Below the pieces are notes generated by a model, which did not search any database, was not told the origin of the DNA, and was given only the letters and a program-made list of their open reading frames with translations. A stretch of DNA of 64,000 bases. It comes from Iphione sp. A-MEVVRFRX5 (lineage: Eukaryota). Where the stretch lies: positions 80,104,001 to 80,168,000 of the forward strand of contig OZ320316.1 of NCBI GenBank assembly GCA_976226885.1, given 5' to 3'. Below, piece after piece: positions 47,901 through 60,110 of the stretch (its first letter is position 1; each line of letters starts with the position of its first letter). A program made the position numbers and the translations under genes.

Positions 47901-49952
47901 GCAACGTCTTTGTAGAGGGCCATTTACATTCCTAACCAAATCAGCACCTGTCTTTCTCACAGGCAACGACCATCACGAGATTTCTGTCTGGCAGTCTATG
48001 CTGACCGCGAACGTTTTCGAGGTCAAGTCTTTAACCCATCCAATTTTGCCTTGGGCTATTGCATCGCTTAAGACGTGACGTCACTGTGCCGTGTCGTCAA
48101 ATCCGATCCGTGCAATTAGGTCAAGATGCCTGGCGAACCTTGTCGTGAGAACTAAAATACAGCCAAGTGGAGACGGACTGTCGCGCAGGTCTCGCGTTGT
48201 ATAGTTACTTTACCAGCATGTAGACTAGATAGGTGAACCTAAAGCTTAGGCAGTGACGTTGTTTACTGTGATAAATGAGACACTCCCTGCCAAACGTCGC
48301 CTTAGTGTACAATGGTCACCGCAACCTTGACACATCTGTCCCATACTGCCATACTGAAGAAGAGAAGTTGGCATTAGAAAGAGCAGCTGCATGACAAATC
48401 ACCCACACACGTCACGTCTCGCGTCAAACACAACTTATATTCCCATTATATACTATATATCATATACATGTAGTGTGACAGGCAGGGGAATCACAATTCA
48501 AGAGGTGGGCAGCATGACCGGGTAATTCTAGGTGGAGGCTCGATTTTCATACCTAGGCTTGAGAGTACCTTCCTGTTAGGCGTAGGTTCGTCGGTGTGGC
48601 GGGTCAGATGGTGATTCCCTTTCTGAGATCGTGGGACCGCTCCCCGTGTTCCTATTTATGGATCCATTGAGCCATCACCTAATCACGCTGCGCCCATATC
48701 ACATGAATGCCAACATGTTTACCCTGACATCGAACACGTTCCCACGGTGTGTAACCTTAGGTTGCCTTTATTGTTGATGTAAACCGTTAGGATAGAAAAT
48801 AATCCCCCTACGTCTAGGTTGATAGTTCAGAAACCCGTGAGGTTTCCTGATGTTACAACGATACAGCAACAGAAATAAGGTCTAGCAAAGGCTAGCTCTT
48901 AAATATGTATGTATTATATGCAAACAGAGTACAACGAAGTCACTTGAGATAGGTCACCGCGCGGACGTATGAAAAAAAACACTCAAGCATCGTTTGTGAA
49001 GTAATACTTCATTCAGCAGACATTGATTTAATTAGAGTTGTTTCCGCTACCAGCATACAGCAATGTATTACATGTACTTTGTACTTTGTAGACAAAAAGG
49101 GAATGGTAGAATTTGACGCACATTTCCTTACAATCCAGGAAAGGGATATTCAACTGAAATACATACAGATGTACATACAGATGCAATAATATATACACAG
49201 TAGACACTCAGTTAGTGACCAACCACCAGGGGCGACAAGACTCGCCCAGTTCAAATACTTTCGTGCAGAACTGACCTTGTTTCTACACTTTTCCTATATG
49301 ACACTCACTCACAGAGGCAACCCCTACCGGGAGTGACAAACTCTCTGTAGAGACCATCACTTTAAGAAAGAAAATGGCGTGTTTCACTGCCAGGAGCAAT
49401 CAAATCACTGCCACCAAATGGAGAAGGTGCGAACTTCAACTTCTTTGAAGGGATTTACCAGCTGGGAGAGGCGGCACCTCACTCCCGACACCTGATGGAG
49501 GTGCGATTCTCACCCCTTTCAAGGTATTCAAGATCTGGGAGAGGTGCGACCTTGCTCCCGACACCTAGAAATTTTGGCACTTTTAGGACTCTTTTTGGTC
49601 GGTTTCCTTACGTGCGTTGGTGTCCGTGTGCATTCCCATGCATTTCCATGCGTTTTTATCGGATAGTAGGCAATCAGTGTAGGGTGTGTTTTGAATGCGT
49701 GAGCTGTCCGTGTGCATTACTTATGCCCGGTTTCCCGTTTGCGCTACTGCTACCTAAGCCCACAGATAAGACAGGCCTTGGCGAATAAGGGTTTCCCGTT
49801 CTCCCACCTTATCGGCTGGAGATTAAATATAATCTCTGCCATAAGACTGAGGGTTTCTCGTTCCATGCGGGCTATAGATAAGGCCGTACAGCACAAGATA
49901 CATCCAGAGGTGTCTTAACGTTGGTATAGTCACCGTCATTTGTGCGAAAACC

Positions 49953-51167
49953 ATGGATATGTATGGACTTTTCGAGGAGTTTGAGGAACATGGAAGAGGC
50001 AGAATTGGAGAACGGAGACGATTAATGCTTGGGCGTGTACCGCGGAGATTACCAGATCCAAACAACCCCATGGAATTATATTCTGCTAACGAAATACGAC
50101 AGAGATTCCGTTTTTGGCCAGAGACAATCTTGGAAATAACAGCGGTGATTTCTGCTGTCCTACCGACCACCAATGCAAATGGGTATCATATGCCTCCACT
50201 ACTACAGACATTTGTTTTCCTCAGATTTATGGCAACAGGATCATTTCAGAGGGTCATTGGTGATACTATGAATGTGACGAATTCGTGTGTATGCAAAATT
50301 GTACACAAATTCTCTTCTCTTCTACAAGGAATGGCTGGACGCTTCATTACCATGCCATCCACACCACAAGAAATCAGAGAAACGAAACGCAGATTCAGAG
50401 CTATCGCTGGGATACCAGATGTCATTGGAGTCATAGACTGTACACATGTGAGGATATTGGCTCCTACGAGGAATTCAGAAGCATACCTAAATCGAAAGAA
50501 TTACTGTTCTCTGAATGTACAGGTAAGCCCAACACATCTGCCTTCACCCAATAACTAGCGTAATTCACTGTCAACTAGATGAATCGATTATGTTAGATGT
50601 GAATGATTCATGTATTTCTCACTAATAAACTTACCTCTGTATCCATTGCAGATGGTATGTGATGCACGGAATCGGATTGGAGATGTCAACGCGAGGTGGC
50701 CTGGTAGCACACATGATGCTAGGATATTTCGCATGAGTCCACTTGCCACTCAATACTTGCCTAACTTGCCTTCTCCTATTGGATATTTGTTGGGTGATGG
50801 TGGATATCCATGTACACATCGTCTGCTGACTCCATACAGAAACCCTCAACCCCGACACACAGGGTATCAGAATGCACTGACCAAGACAAGAGTTGTTATA
50901 GAGAACACTTTTGGAATTTTGAAGAGACGGTTTGCAGCTCTCGGTGGTAAGCTGCAGATAGCTCCACATAAAGTAACCACAATTATCGTTGCAGCTGCAG
51001 TCTTACATAATATTGCAGTTGACAACAGGGACTATCAAGTCGATGATCTCGAGCCACTACATGATGAATCTGATGAAGAAGATGATGGAGAATTCGACTA
51101 CATCTACGAGGATGTCGATGAAAGAGCTGGTGGTATGAGAGATGCAGTGGCCGAACTGTTTATGTAA
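49953..51167 (+). CDS. Harbinger DDE transposase (HARBI1-like), exons 49953-50522 and 50652-51167, 361 aa
   Basis: ACCATGG start; CAG|GTAAGC...TTGCAG|ATG phase-0 intron of 129 nt; GVIDCTHV, NRKNYCSLNVQ|MVCD, WPGSTHDARIF, LLGDGGYP, RVVIENTFGILKRRF. Confidence 0.93.
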
Positions 51168-51358
51168 AGAACGAGGAAAATGATTTTTTGGAAAAAAGAC
51201 ATTTATTCATGTAATGTCAACAACTACAGCTAATGTGCAAGTTAAACATGATATTACTTAACTATGACAACGCAACATGTGTCCATTGTATTGTAACCTG
51301 CAGGTAGAGTACATACTCCATAGTACAGAGCATAGCCTCTTAAAGACCTATGTTGTCC

Positions 51359-52865
51359 TTATTGGTATGGATGAGGGGGTACACCTGGCGCCTGATACCC
51401 TGGATTCAGTGTCAAGCGCATTTTGGCCAGTGATATGTGGGCAATTTGCTGCTTCATCTCAATCATGTCCATCTGGGATTTGTAATAAGAGTGCTGCATC
51501 CGATGCATTTCGATCTCCCTCTGTTCTCTCCTCTGCTCCATCTCTATCTCTCTCTGTTCTCTCCTCTGCTCCATCTGATGTCTTTCCTTCTCACGTTTTG
51601 CAGCATCCTCTGTGAGTTGCAGTTGGCGTTGGCGAAACGCATCCTCTTTCTCCTGTTGAGCCTCCATGAGGTCGAGCTTGGCCTGCCTGTACATTGCTCG
51701 TGCCTCTCGCTCTGTCTGTAACGCTGAATATTCAGTTAATTTATGGTCGAGAACACTGTTGCGTTTGGTATGCATTAGGAGGTCAGCTTGTTTCCTCTTG
51801 ACATCAAGGGCAGCATTCTCTGCCTCGATAGTAAGAAGCCTGATCCGTTCTTGTGTCTCCTGAGACCTGGTAACAATTGTGGGTCGACGAGGTGTCCGGT
51901 TCTGGTGACTTGACGAAGATGAAGATGAAATGGTTGCAGACGTACCCTGGAGTAACGACTGACTCTGGGACTGACTCTGTGATTGACTCTGAGAACTGCT
52001 GGGGTCCTGAGTATCGTCTGTGCTGACAACGTCAATGTGGTCAACACTCTCACTGGGCACCATATGCACGTCACTCTGTGTTGGCTGGAGCGGTGGAGGT
52101 GGTTGTGATGGTGGAATGATATTAGGACTGTCCTCAGGTGAAACCATAGACACAGGGTCACTGGGAACCATGTGGTCTGAAAAAAATGCAGAATTGTTAG
52201 GAATTTCAAGGCAAATGCATATGTAGGTAAGAGAGCAATAAAGTCATTTATGTACAATGAGATTTATTCTGTTATCAATAATTTTTCAGTAACAACAATC
52301 ATAACAGCTGGGTTCACATATATCACACACGTACCATATGTGGAGACAAATCCCTCTACGCCAACGACATCGGGTCGCTCCAATCCACCCGTTTCCAGGA
52401 AATGTTCCACATCTCGCCCAGGAGGTGCAGCAGGAGGTCCCCCACCAGTCAGGCTTTGGTCGTCCACATAGCGTTTGGCTGTAAACGAAGTACATGGTAA
52501 TATTATTCAAGGCACCTCAATAACGCAATGCATATGTAATGTGAAGGGAATCCACTTGCCTAATCTATCACACAGGGGCCTATTAGTTTCACATATGATA
52601 TACAGATACATTGAAATGTGTACTACATACCTTTCTGCTTGACGTTGGTGTACCTCTTCCTAAGGGCACCCTCCTCGCGGTGTGTGGAGACCATAGCATT
52701 AAACTCAGTCGTTATTTTCTTCCAGGCCCAATTACGCTTCTCTTTGCCACCAAATGTGTCCACAGAGATTTGGCTTATCCCATACTTATTAATCAGTCCC
52801 TGGAGCTTATAACTGTCCTCCTGGGACCAGTTGGCATTGCGCTGTCGTTTCCCTGGTTCAGTCAT
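51359..52865 (-). CDS. Harbinger Myb/SANT-like DNA-binding protein, exons 52865-52631, 52478-52335, 52176-51359, 398 aa
   Basis: RNANWSQED...AWKKITTEFNA...LRKRYTNVKQK|AKR...LTGGGP; two phase-1 GT-AG introns keep the frame; C-terminal coiled-coil-like E/Q/R tract. Confidence 0.88.
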
Positions 52866-55146
52866 GATGAAATTCGTACTGAGGATACGATGGGTAGGGG
52901 TCCCTTTATATGCAACAGCACACCCATGGGTCACGCAGGTTCGCTGACTGGCGCAAACCACTAACCCCCTAAGAAGCACCATAACAAGAGGATGAGTAAC
53001 TCATAGTAAGTCGTGAAAAATTCGCGAAAAACCACCTCCAATGAATCAAAGAAAGGCCTGCGACACGAGGATTTCAGTGCGAAATACAACAAAGAACGTG
53101 TGATTACATGCTACTATGCCCATCTTTGATGTTTCGCCCAGAGCCTTTCGCGCAGAGGCTCCAGGGGTGACAATGCACCCCCAGAAATCTTTTATTGCAT
53201 GAATAACACCATATTTCAGTGTATTTTATTTCATTTATTTCGATTTAATATCACCATTTCATATACTACTCCATCTCACCTTTACCTCACCTTATCTGGC
53301 CTCCCCAAAGATAAGACAGTGAACGAGAAATCTCTTATCAGCAGCGCCCTAAGCCAAGGTTGGCCTCAGGAAGATAAGCTCGCACGAACGGGAAACCGGG
53401 CATTACTCGTCACATGTGGTACTTTTAGATCGTCCATTGCTAGGCGCGCACCTCGAGGACTGTCAAATGTATATATTCCAACTGCACAAGGCCAATAGAT
53501 GTTATGTTGGAGCTAAGGGATCTATTAGCGCTTGGTTATCATTAAGTACCGTACCCCTTTAATATCAACAGGGGATTTTCGCACTGAAATGAAAAAGAAA
53601 TACTGATTGTTAGACTTTGAAAAATGTTACTTTTTGACGTGATAATCCAAGAGAAAATGTGCAAATGGCACCAACATTGTAGTCTCCCGAAAGAACGAAC
53701 ACCGGTAGCTTGTATTTTTGTATATATTAAAAATAACAAACATGTAGCCCGTAATAGAACAGCTATCAATGACATAAATATTATATACTAGTACATGTAT
53801 ACGTAAAGGACACACGGGTTATGATATTGACGCACACCTTTGTCATTTTCCACTCCGAGTTGACCTGGTTGGAACCACCAGTATGTATACAGAGCACGCT
53901 CCACACCACTAATTATAAAAAACGGCCCATTCTACTCGCTTATTCCTGCATGAATCGTTTTAGACGAGAACCACTATGGTAGGCATTGTCAACAAACAGC
54001 CGCGCAACCATTATTTAGAATTTTATATGTAACCTATCTTTGATATATGACCTCATGCACGTTTCCAGATGAAACCTTTATTATATCGTTTTATCATTTT
54101 CGAGGATAAAATCGGTGGGAAATGTCACTTATTATAGCTAGGATGGAAGTGCGATAGCAACACAGGCGGGATTGTCGACAAACTGTCCAAACTGCTACGA
54201 GTGGTATTCTCCGTTATTGCACCAAGAGAGGTCCTCGACGACTACTGGAGGTCGGAGAGGTTAGGCCAGTACACACTACGTTTATTACACCCTTCAGTAA
54301 GCACCATCCAGGGGCTACCGAACATCGCATGTCATTGTCAGCAATGCCCATTTAAACTGTTAGCGTGGACGATCCCTTCTAGATGCCTGCATACTCCTCT
54401 CTGTGAACCTGGGGATCCGGATAAACTGCACTAGAAGAAAGTAAAACAATGAAAGGTTTATTTTTGTTCATCTATATGAACTGTGTTGCTTTTCTGTATT
54501 GCATGATTAGTCCGGCTTGCACTGTGAAAAAGACAAAGTAATTAAAAATTGAAGTTGATGTGAACTGTAACTGTATACAGATGCTTCCCCGAATGACAGC
54601 TTACTTCCTTCTTTATCTTCATGCCTGACTAGCCGGAACACTATGGGAGTTTGCTGAACACACGATATACTCTTACTAAGGTTAAAAGAACAAGCACACG
54701 ATTGACCCATCGCTTTCGCCATCGCAAGCTGTTTAAAGTGACGATTTTCCGTTCTTCTGGCTGTCAGTCCAGCCTAATTTTAGGGGATCTTGATCAACAC
54801 GGATCATTGCCACTATTGAGTATTGGCTGTGCTTACCTTTCACGGAAAATCAAAATGTCAACCCTATTTTGTCCGAGAGCCTCATGGCTTACACTTTCAG
54901 TTAAGCCCATGTGTGTAATCAAGGTACCATTGATTTATTGATTGGCAGTGCGTATGCGTTACACATTTATCAATGACTTATATGAGGGCACACCCAGATC
55001 GATATATTCTCGTACAAGAAGCTTCCCATGGCGAGTGTTACGCCACATTTGGCTACTACTCAGTCCCAATTGTATTAAGCATGTCGACATTCGCATACTA
55101 AGTATATCAATAATAGTTCATGCTAGAAATATTGACAAATCGTACG

Positions 55147-55332
55147 CAGGGCTGGGCAATTGTCGCTATGTCGCAAAAAAATATGCGACAAAGACATTGA
55201 AAAATGCGACAACTTTCCTTTGTTTTTCACTGATGTTCCAGGATAAGATCGTCAAACTTGAGAAAAATTAAAGTGTTTTTGCCACAAAGATGTGGAAATA
55301 TGCGACAACTTTTCTTTGGGTGCCCAGCCCTG
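55147..55332. mobile_element. 186-bp MITE with CAGGG termini (hAT-like) and apparent 5-bp TSD GTACG
   Basis: 12-bp perfect TIR CAGGGCTGGGCA; GTACG at 55142-55146 and 55333-55337; repeated internal TGCGACA motifs. Confidence 0.8.
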
Positions 55333-57197
55333 GTACGTGGTGCGACTACAAGTCTACTACGAGCAAAAACTAGATAATACATTATAAACGAAGCAAGAAT
55401 TAAATAATACAATAGGCATGTAGCGAGAGTGTATATTTGTTTCTGCACATGTGCATGCACATAGTGTAGACAACTAGGTCTAAAAAGGGAAGCAATTGCA
55501 GAAGTAAAGTGTGTTGGCGCCAGTACATTGCGTGTTGGTTTACGTGTAAAAATTCATAGTAATGTCTTACTGGATATGATGTTTACCTTTCTACGTGTAT
55601 AGTGCTCAAGAGATGACGGTTTGCCGTTCAGCGTTCACATCAAGCGAATTTCGAGGCGCATTTCTTGATGGTTATTTGTTTGTTGGTGATGACAGTAGAG
55701 ACAATACGCCTAATTTTGACTCTGCTTCGCGCTAGCTAGTTACCTTATTGATATGCAGAAAGTGTCCGAATTATATTTTTTAACAGATATCTTTGTTGAC
55801 CTTTGTCACCATCAAGCATGCCAGCTGCATGTGTCTGGATTCATGAGAAACAGTGACGAGGTATTTGTTATACAAGGGTAGGAATCCAATGAGACATTTC
55901 ACCGCCTTATGGATATGTAATTAGGTGTAGACCGCCTAGTCGCTTTCTAATGAACGATTGGCTGTCGGGGTTGTCTTGTTGATGCAACTGTTCTGACCAA
56001 ATATAGCGCTCAATGCCATAAGGCAGAAGCATCACTACGAAGAGCTCTCCTGAAAGAGGAAAGCGTCTCGAGAATCCTAGGTAAGAGATAATGACTTGCA
56101 ATTAGGTAGTCTAGCCGGACCTTTGCAACCGACATTGTTATACTTCGACCTCCTAGACTGCAATCAATAGCCATATTGAGTATCGTTTTTGACATTTTTT
56201 GGGGGGCATTCCCATATGTGCCGATCTAATACATTTATCGCATATACAATTAGACAGTAACCCCAATGGTATTCATTCAGGGAAAGAAATGTGTTGCTAG
56301 ATATTTGGCAGCAGTGCCCACTTGGATGATTTTTTTGGCAAAACGGTACAGGTCATACCCCGTGTGGCCGTAATCGGTATTAGCGGAAAAGAGAATAAGA
56401 AAGTCCGTGGATGTCCCATTGTCAGATCTATTGGTCTCAAACTACTCCCAGATCAAATGGCAATTAATCACATATAAAGAGTACAAGAGAAGGTGACTTA
56501 TAATATAGCGAGCGGGTGAGGCACCTTAAAACTGAACTCAGCCCAATAGACACATTCTCACATGTACATTTGTCTGTGCAGCTGTAATGTTTTTCACACG
56601 TCCACTGATATCCTGAGAAGTGTGTTGAAATTTGTTTGTGTCTGAGTAGGAAAAGTTTAATGCCCGGTTTCCCGTTCGTGCGAGCTTATCTTCCTGAGGC
56701 CAACCTTGGCTTAGGGCGCTGCTGATAAGAGATTTCTCGTTCACTGTCTTATCTTTGGGGAGGCCAGATAAGGTGAGGTAAAGGTGAGATGGAGTAGTAT
56801 ATGAAATGGTGATATTAAATCGAAATAAATGAAATAAAATACACCGAAATATGGTGTTATTCATGCAATAAAAGATTTCTGGGGGTGCATTGTCACCCCT
56901 GGAGCCTCTGCGCGAAAGGCTCTGGGCGAAACATCAAAGATGGGCATAGTAGCATGTAATCACACGTTCTTTGTTGTATTTCGCACTGAAATCCTCGTGT
57001 CGCAGGCCTTTCTTTGATTCATTGGAGGTGGTTTTTCGCGAATTTTTCACGACTTACTATGAGTTACTCATCCTCTTGTTATGGTGCTTCTTAGGGGGTT
57101 AGTGGTTTGCGCCAGTCAGCGAACCTGCGTGACCCATGGGTGTGCTGTTGCATATAAAGGGACCCCTACCCATCGTATCCTCAGTACGAATTTCATC

Positions 57198-58704
57198 ATG
57201 ACTGAACCAGGGAAACGACAGCGCAATGCCAACTGGTCCCAGGAGGACAGTTATAAGCTCCAGGGACTGATTAATAAGTATGGGATAAGCCAAATCTCTG
57301 TGGACACATTTGGTGGCAAAGAGAAGCGTAATTGGGCCTGGAAGAAAATAACGACTGAGTTTAATGCTATGGTCTCCACACACCGCGAGGAGGGTGCCCT
57401 TAGGAAGAGGTACACCAACGTCAAGCAGAAAGGTATGTAGTACACATTTCAATGTATCTGTATATCATATGTGAAACTAATAGGCCCCTGTGTGATAGAT
57501 TAGGCAAGTGGATTCCCTTCACATTACATATGCATTGCGTTATTGAGGTGCCTTGAATAATATTACCATGTACTTCGTTTACAGCCAAACGCTATGTGGA
57601 CGACCAAAGCCTGACTGGTGGGGGACCTCCTGCTGCACCTCCTGGGCGAGATGTGGAACATTTCCTGGAAACGGGTGGATTGGAGCGACCCGATGTCGTT
57701 GGCGTAGAGGGATTTGTCTCCACATATGGTACGTGTGTGATATATGTGAACCCAGCTGTTATGATTGTTGTTACTGAAAAATTATTGATAACAGAATAAA
57801 TCTCATTGTACATAAATGACTTTATTGCTCTCTTACCTACATATGCATTTGCCTTGAAATTCCTAACAATTCTGCATTTTTTTCAGACCACATGGTTCCC
57901 AGTGACCCTGTGTCTATGGTTTCACCTGAGGACAGTCCTAATATCATTCCACCATCACAACCACCTCCACCGCTCCAGCCAACACAGAGTGACGTGCATA
58001 TGGTGCCCAGTGAGAGTGTTGACCACATTGACGTTGTCAGCACAGACGATACTCAGGACCCCAGCAGTTCTCAGAGTCAATCACAGAGTCAGTCCCAGAG
58101 TCAGTCGTTACTCCAGGGTACGTCTGCAACCATTTCATCTTCATCTTCGTCAAGTCACCAGAACCGGACACCTCGTCGACCCACAATTGTTACCAGGTCT
58201 CAGGAGACACAAGAACGGATCAGGCTTCTTACTATCGAGGCAGAGAATGCTGCCCTTGATGTCAAGAGGAAACAAGCTGACCTCCTAATGCATACCAAAC
58301 GCAACAGTGTTCTCGACCATAAATTAACTGAATATTCAGCGTTACAGACAGAGCGAGAGGCACGAGCAATGTACAGGCAGGCCAAGCTCGACCTCATGGA
58401 GGCTCAACAGGAGAAAGAGGATGCGTTTCGCCAACGCCAACTGCAACTCACAGAGGATGCTGCAAAACGTGAGAAGGAAAGACATCAGATGGAGCAGAGG
58501 AGAGAACAGAGAGAGATAGAGATGGAGCAGAGGAGAGAACAGAGGGAGATCGAAATGCATCGGATGCAGCACTCTTATTACAAATCCCAGATGGACATGA
58601 TTGAGATGAAGCAGCAAATTGCCCACATATCACTGGCCAAAATGTGCTTGACACTGAATCCAGGGTATCAGGCGCCAGGTGTACCCCCTCATCCATACCA
58701 ATAA
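57198..58704 (+). CDS. Harbinger Myb/SANT-like protein copy 2, exons 57198-57432, 57585-57728, 57887-58704
   Basis: TATAAA ~45 nt upstream of the ATG; same splice structure as copy 1; one R>C difference near the C-terminus. Confidence 0.88.
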
Positions 58705-58895
58705 GGACAACATAGGTCTTTAAGAGGCTATGCTCTGTACTATGGAGTATGTACTCTACCTGCAGGTTACAATACAATGGACACATGTTGCGTTGTCATA
58801 GTTAAGTAATATCATGTTTAACTTGCACATTAGCTGTAGTTGTTGACATTACATGAATAAATGTCTTTTTTCCAAAAAATCATTTTCCTCGTTCT

Positions 58896-60110
58896 TTACA
58901 TAAACAGTTCGGCCACTGCATCTCTCATACCACCAGCTCTTTCATCGACATCCTCGTAGATGTAGTCGAATTCTCCATCATCTTCTTCATCAGATTCATC
59001 ATGTAGTGGCTCGAGATCATCGACTTGATAGTCCCTGTTGTCAACTGCAATATTATGTAAGACTGCAGCTGCAACGATAATTGTGGTTACTTTATGTGGA
59101 GCTATCTGCAGCTTACCACCGAGAGCTGCAAACCGTCTCTTCAAAATTCCAAAAGTGTTCTCTATAACAACTCTTGTCTTGGTCAGTGCATTCTGATACC
59201 CTGTGTGTCGGGGTTGAGGGTTTCTGTATGGAGTCAGCAGACGATGTGTACATGGATATCCACCATCACCCAACAAATATCCAATAGGAGAAGGCAAGTT
59301 AGGCAAGTATTGAGTGGCAAGTGGACTCATGCGAAATATCCTAGCATCATGTGTGCTACCAGGCCACCTCGCGTTGACATCTCCAATCCGATTCCGTGCA
59401 TCACATACCATCTGCAATGGATACAGAGGTAAGTTTATTAGTGAGAAATACATGAATCATTCACATCTAACATAATCGATTCATCTAGTTGACAGTGAAT
59501 TACGCTAGTTATTGGGTGAAGGCAGATGTGTTGGGCTTACCTGTACATTCAGAGAACAGTAATTCTTTCGATTTAGGTATGCTTCTGAATTCCTCGTAGG
59601 AGCCAATATCCTCACATGTGTACAGTCTATGACTCCAATGACATCTGGTATCCCAGCGATAGCTCTGAATCTGCGTTTCGTTTCTCTGATTTCTTGTGGT
59701 GTGGATGGCATGGTAATGAAGCGTCCAGCCATTCCTTGTAGAAGAGAAGAGAATTTGTGTACAATTTTGCATACACACGAATTCGTCACATTCATAGTAT
59801 CACCAATGACCCTCTGAAATGATCCTGTTGCCATAAATCTGAGGAAAACAAATGTCTGTAGTAGTGGAGGCATATGATACCCATTTGCATTGGTGGTCGG
59901 TAGGACAGCAGAAATCACCGCTGTTATTTCCAAGATTGTCTCTGGCCAAAAACGGAATCTCTGTCGTATTTCGTTAGCAGAATATAATTCCATGGGGTTG
60001 TTTGGATCTGGTAATCTCCGCGGTACACGCCCAAGCATTAATCGTCTCCGTTCTCCAATTCTGCCTCTTCCATGTTCCTCAAACTCCTCGAAAAGTCCAT
60101 ACATATCCAT
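58896..60110 (-). CDS. Harbinger DDE transposase copy 2, exons 60110-59541 and 59411-58896
   Basis: ORF-track translations identical to copy 1. Confidence 0.93.

Larger units (their letters stand above)
49724..53402 (+). mobile_element. Autonomous Harbinger/PIF DNA transposon, copy 1 (3679 bp)
   Basis: 16-bp TIR TGCCCGGTTTCCCGTT; TTA on both flanks; convergent DDE transposase and Myb/SANT-like genes. Confidence 0.95.

Noticed and set aside
40249-48078. Strong acceptor-like sites (about 40249, 47564, 47962) as further exons of the 37.9-38.9 kb gene
   Set aside because: No convincing in-phase exon with a donor could be established
53073-53590. 14-bp inverted match TTTCGCACTGAAAT between the Harbinger interior and the spacer
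   Set aside because: Such matches are expected by chance at this window size
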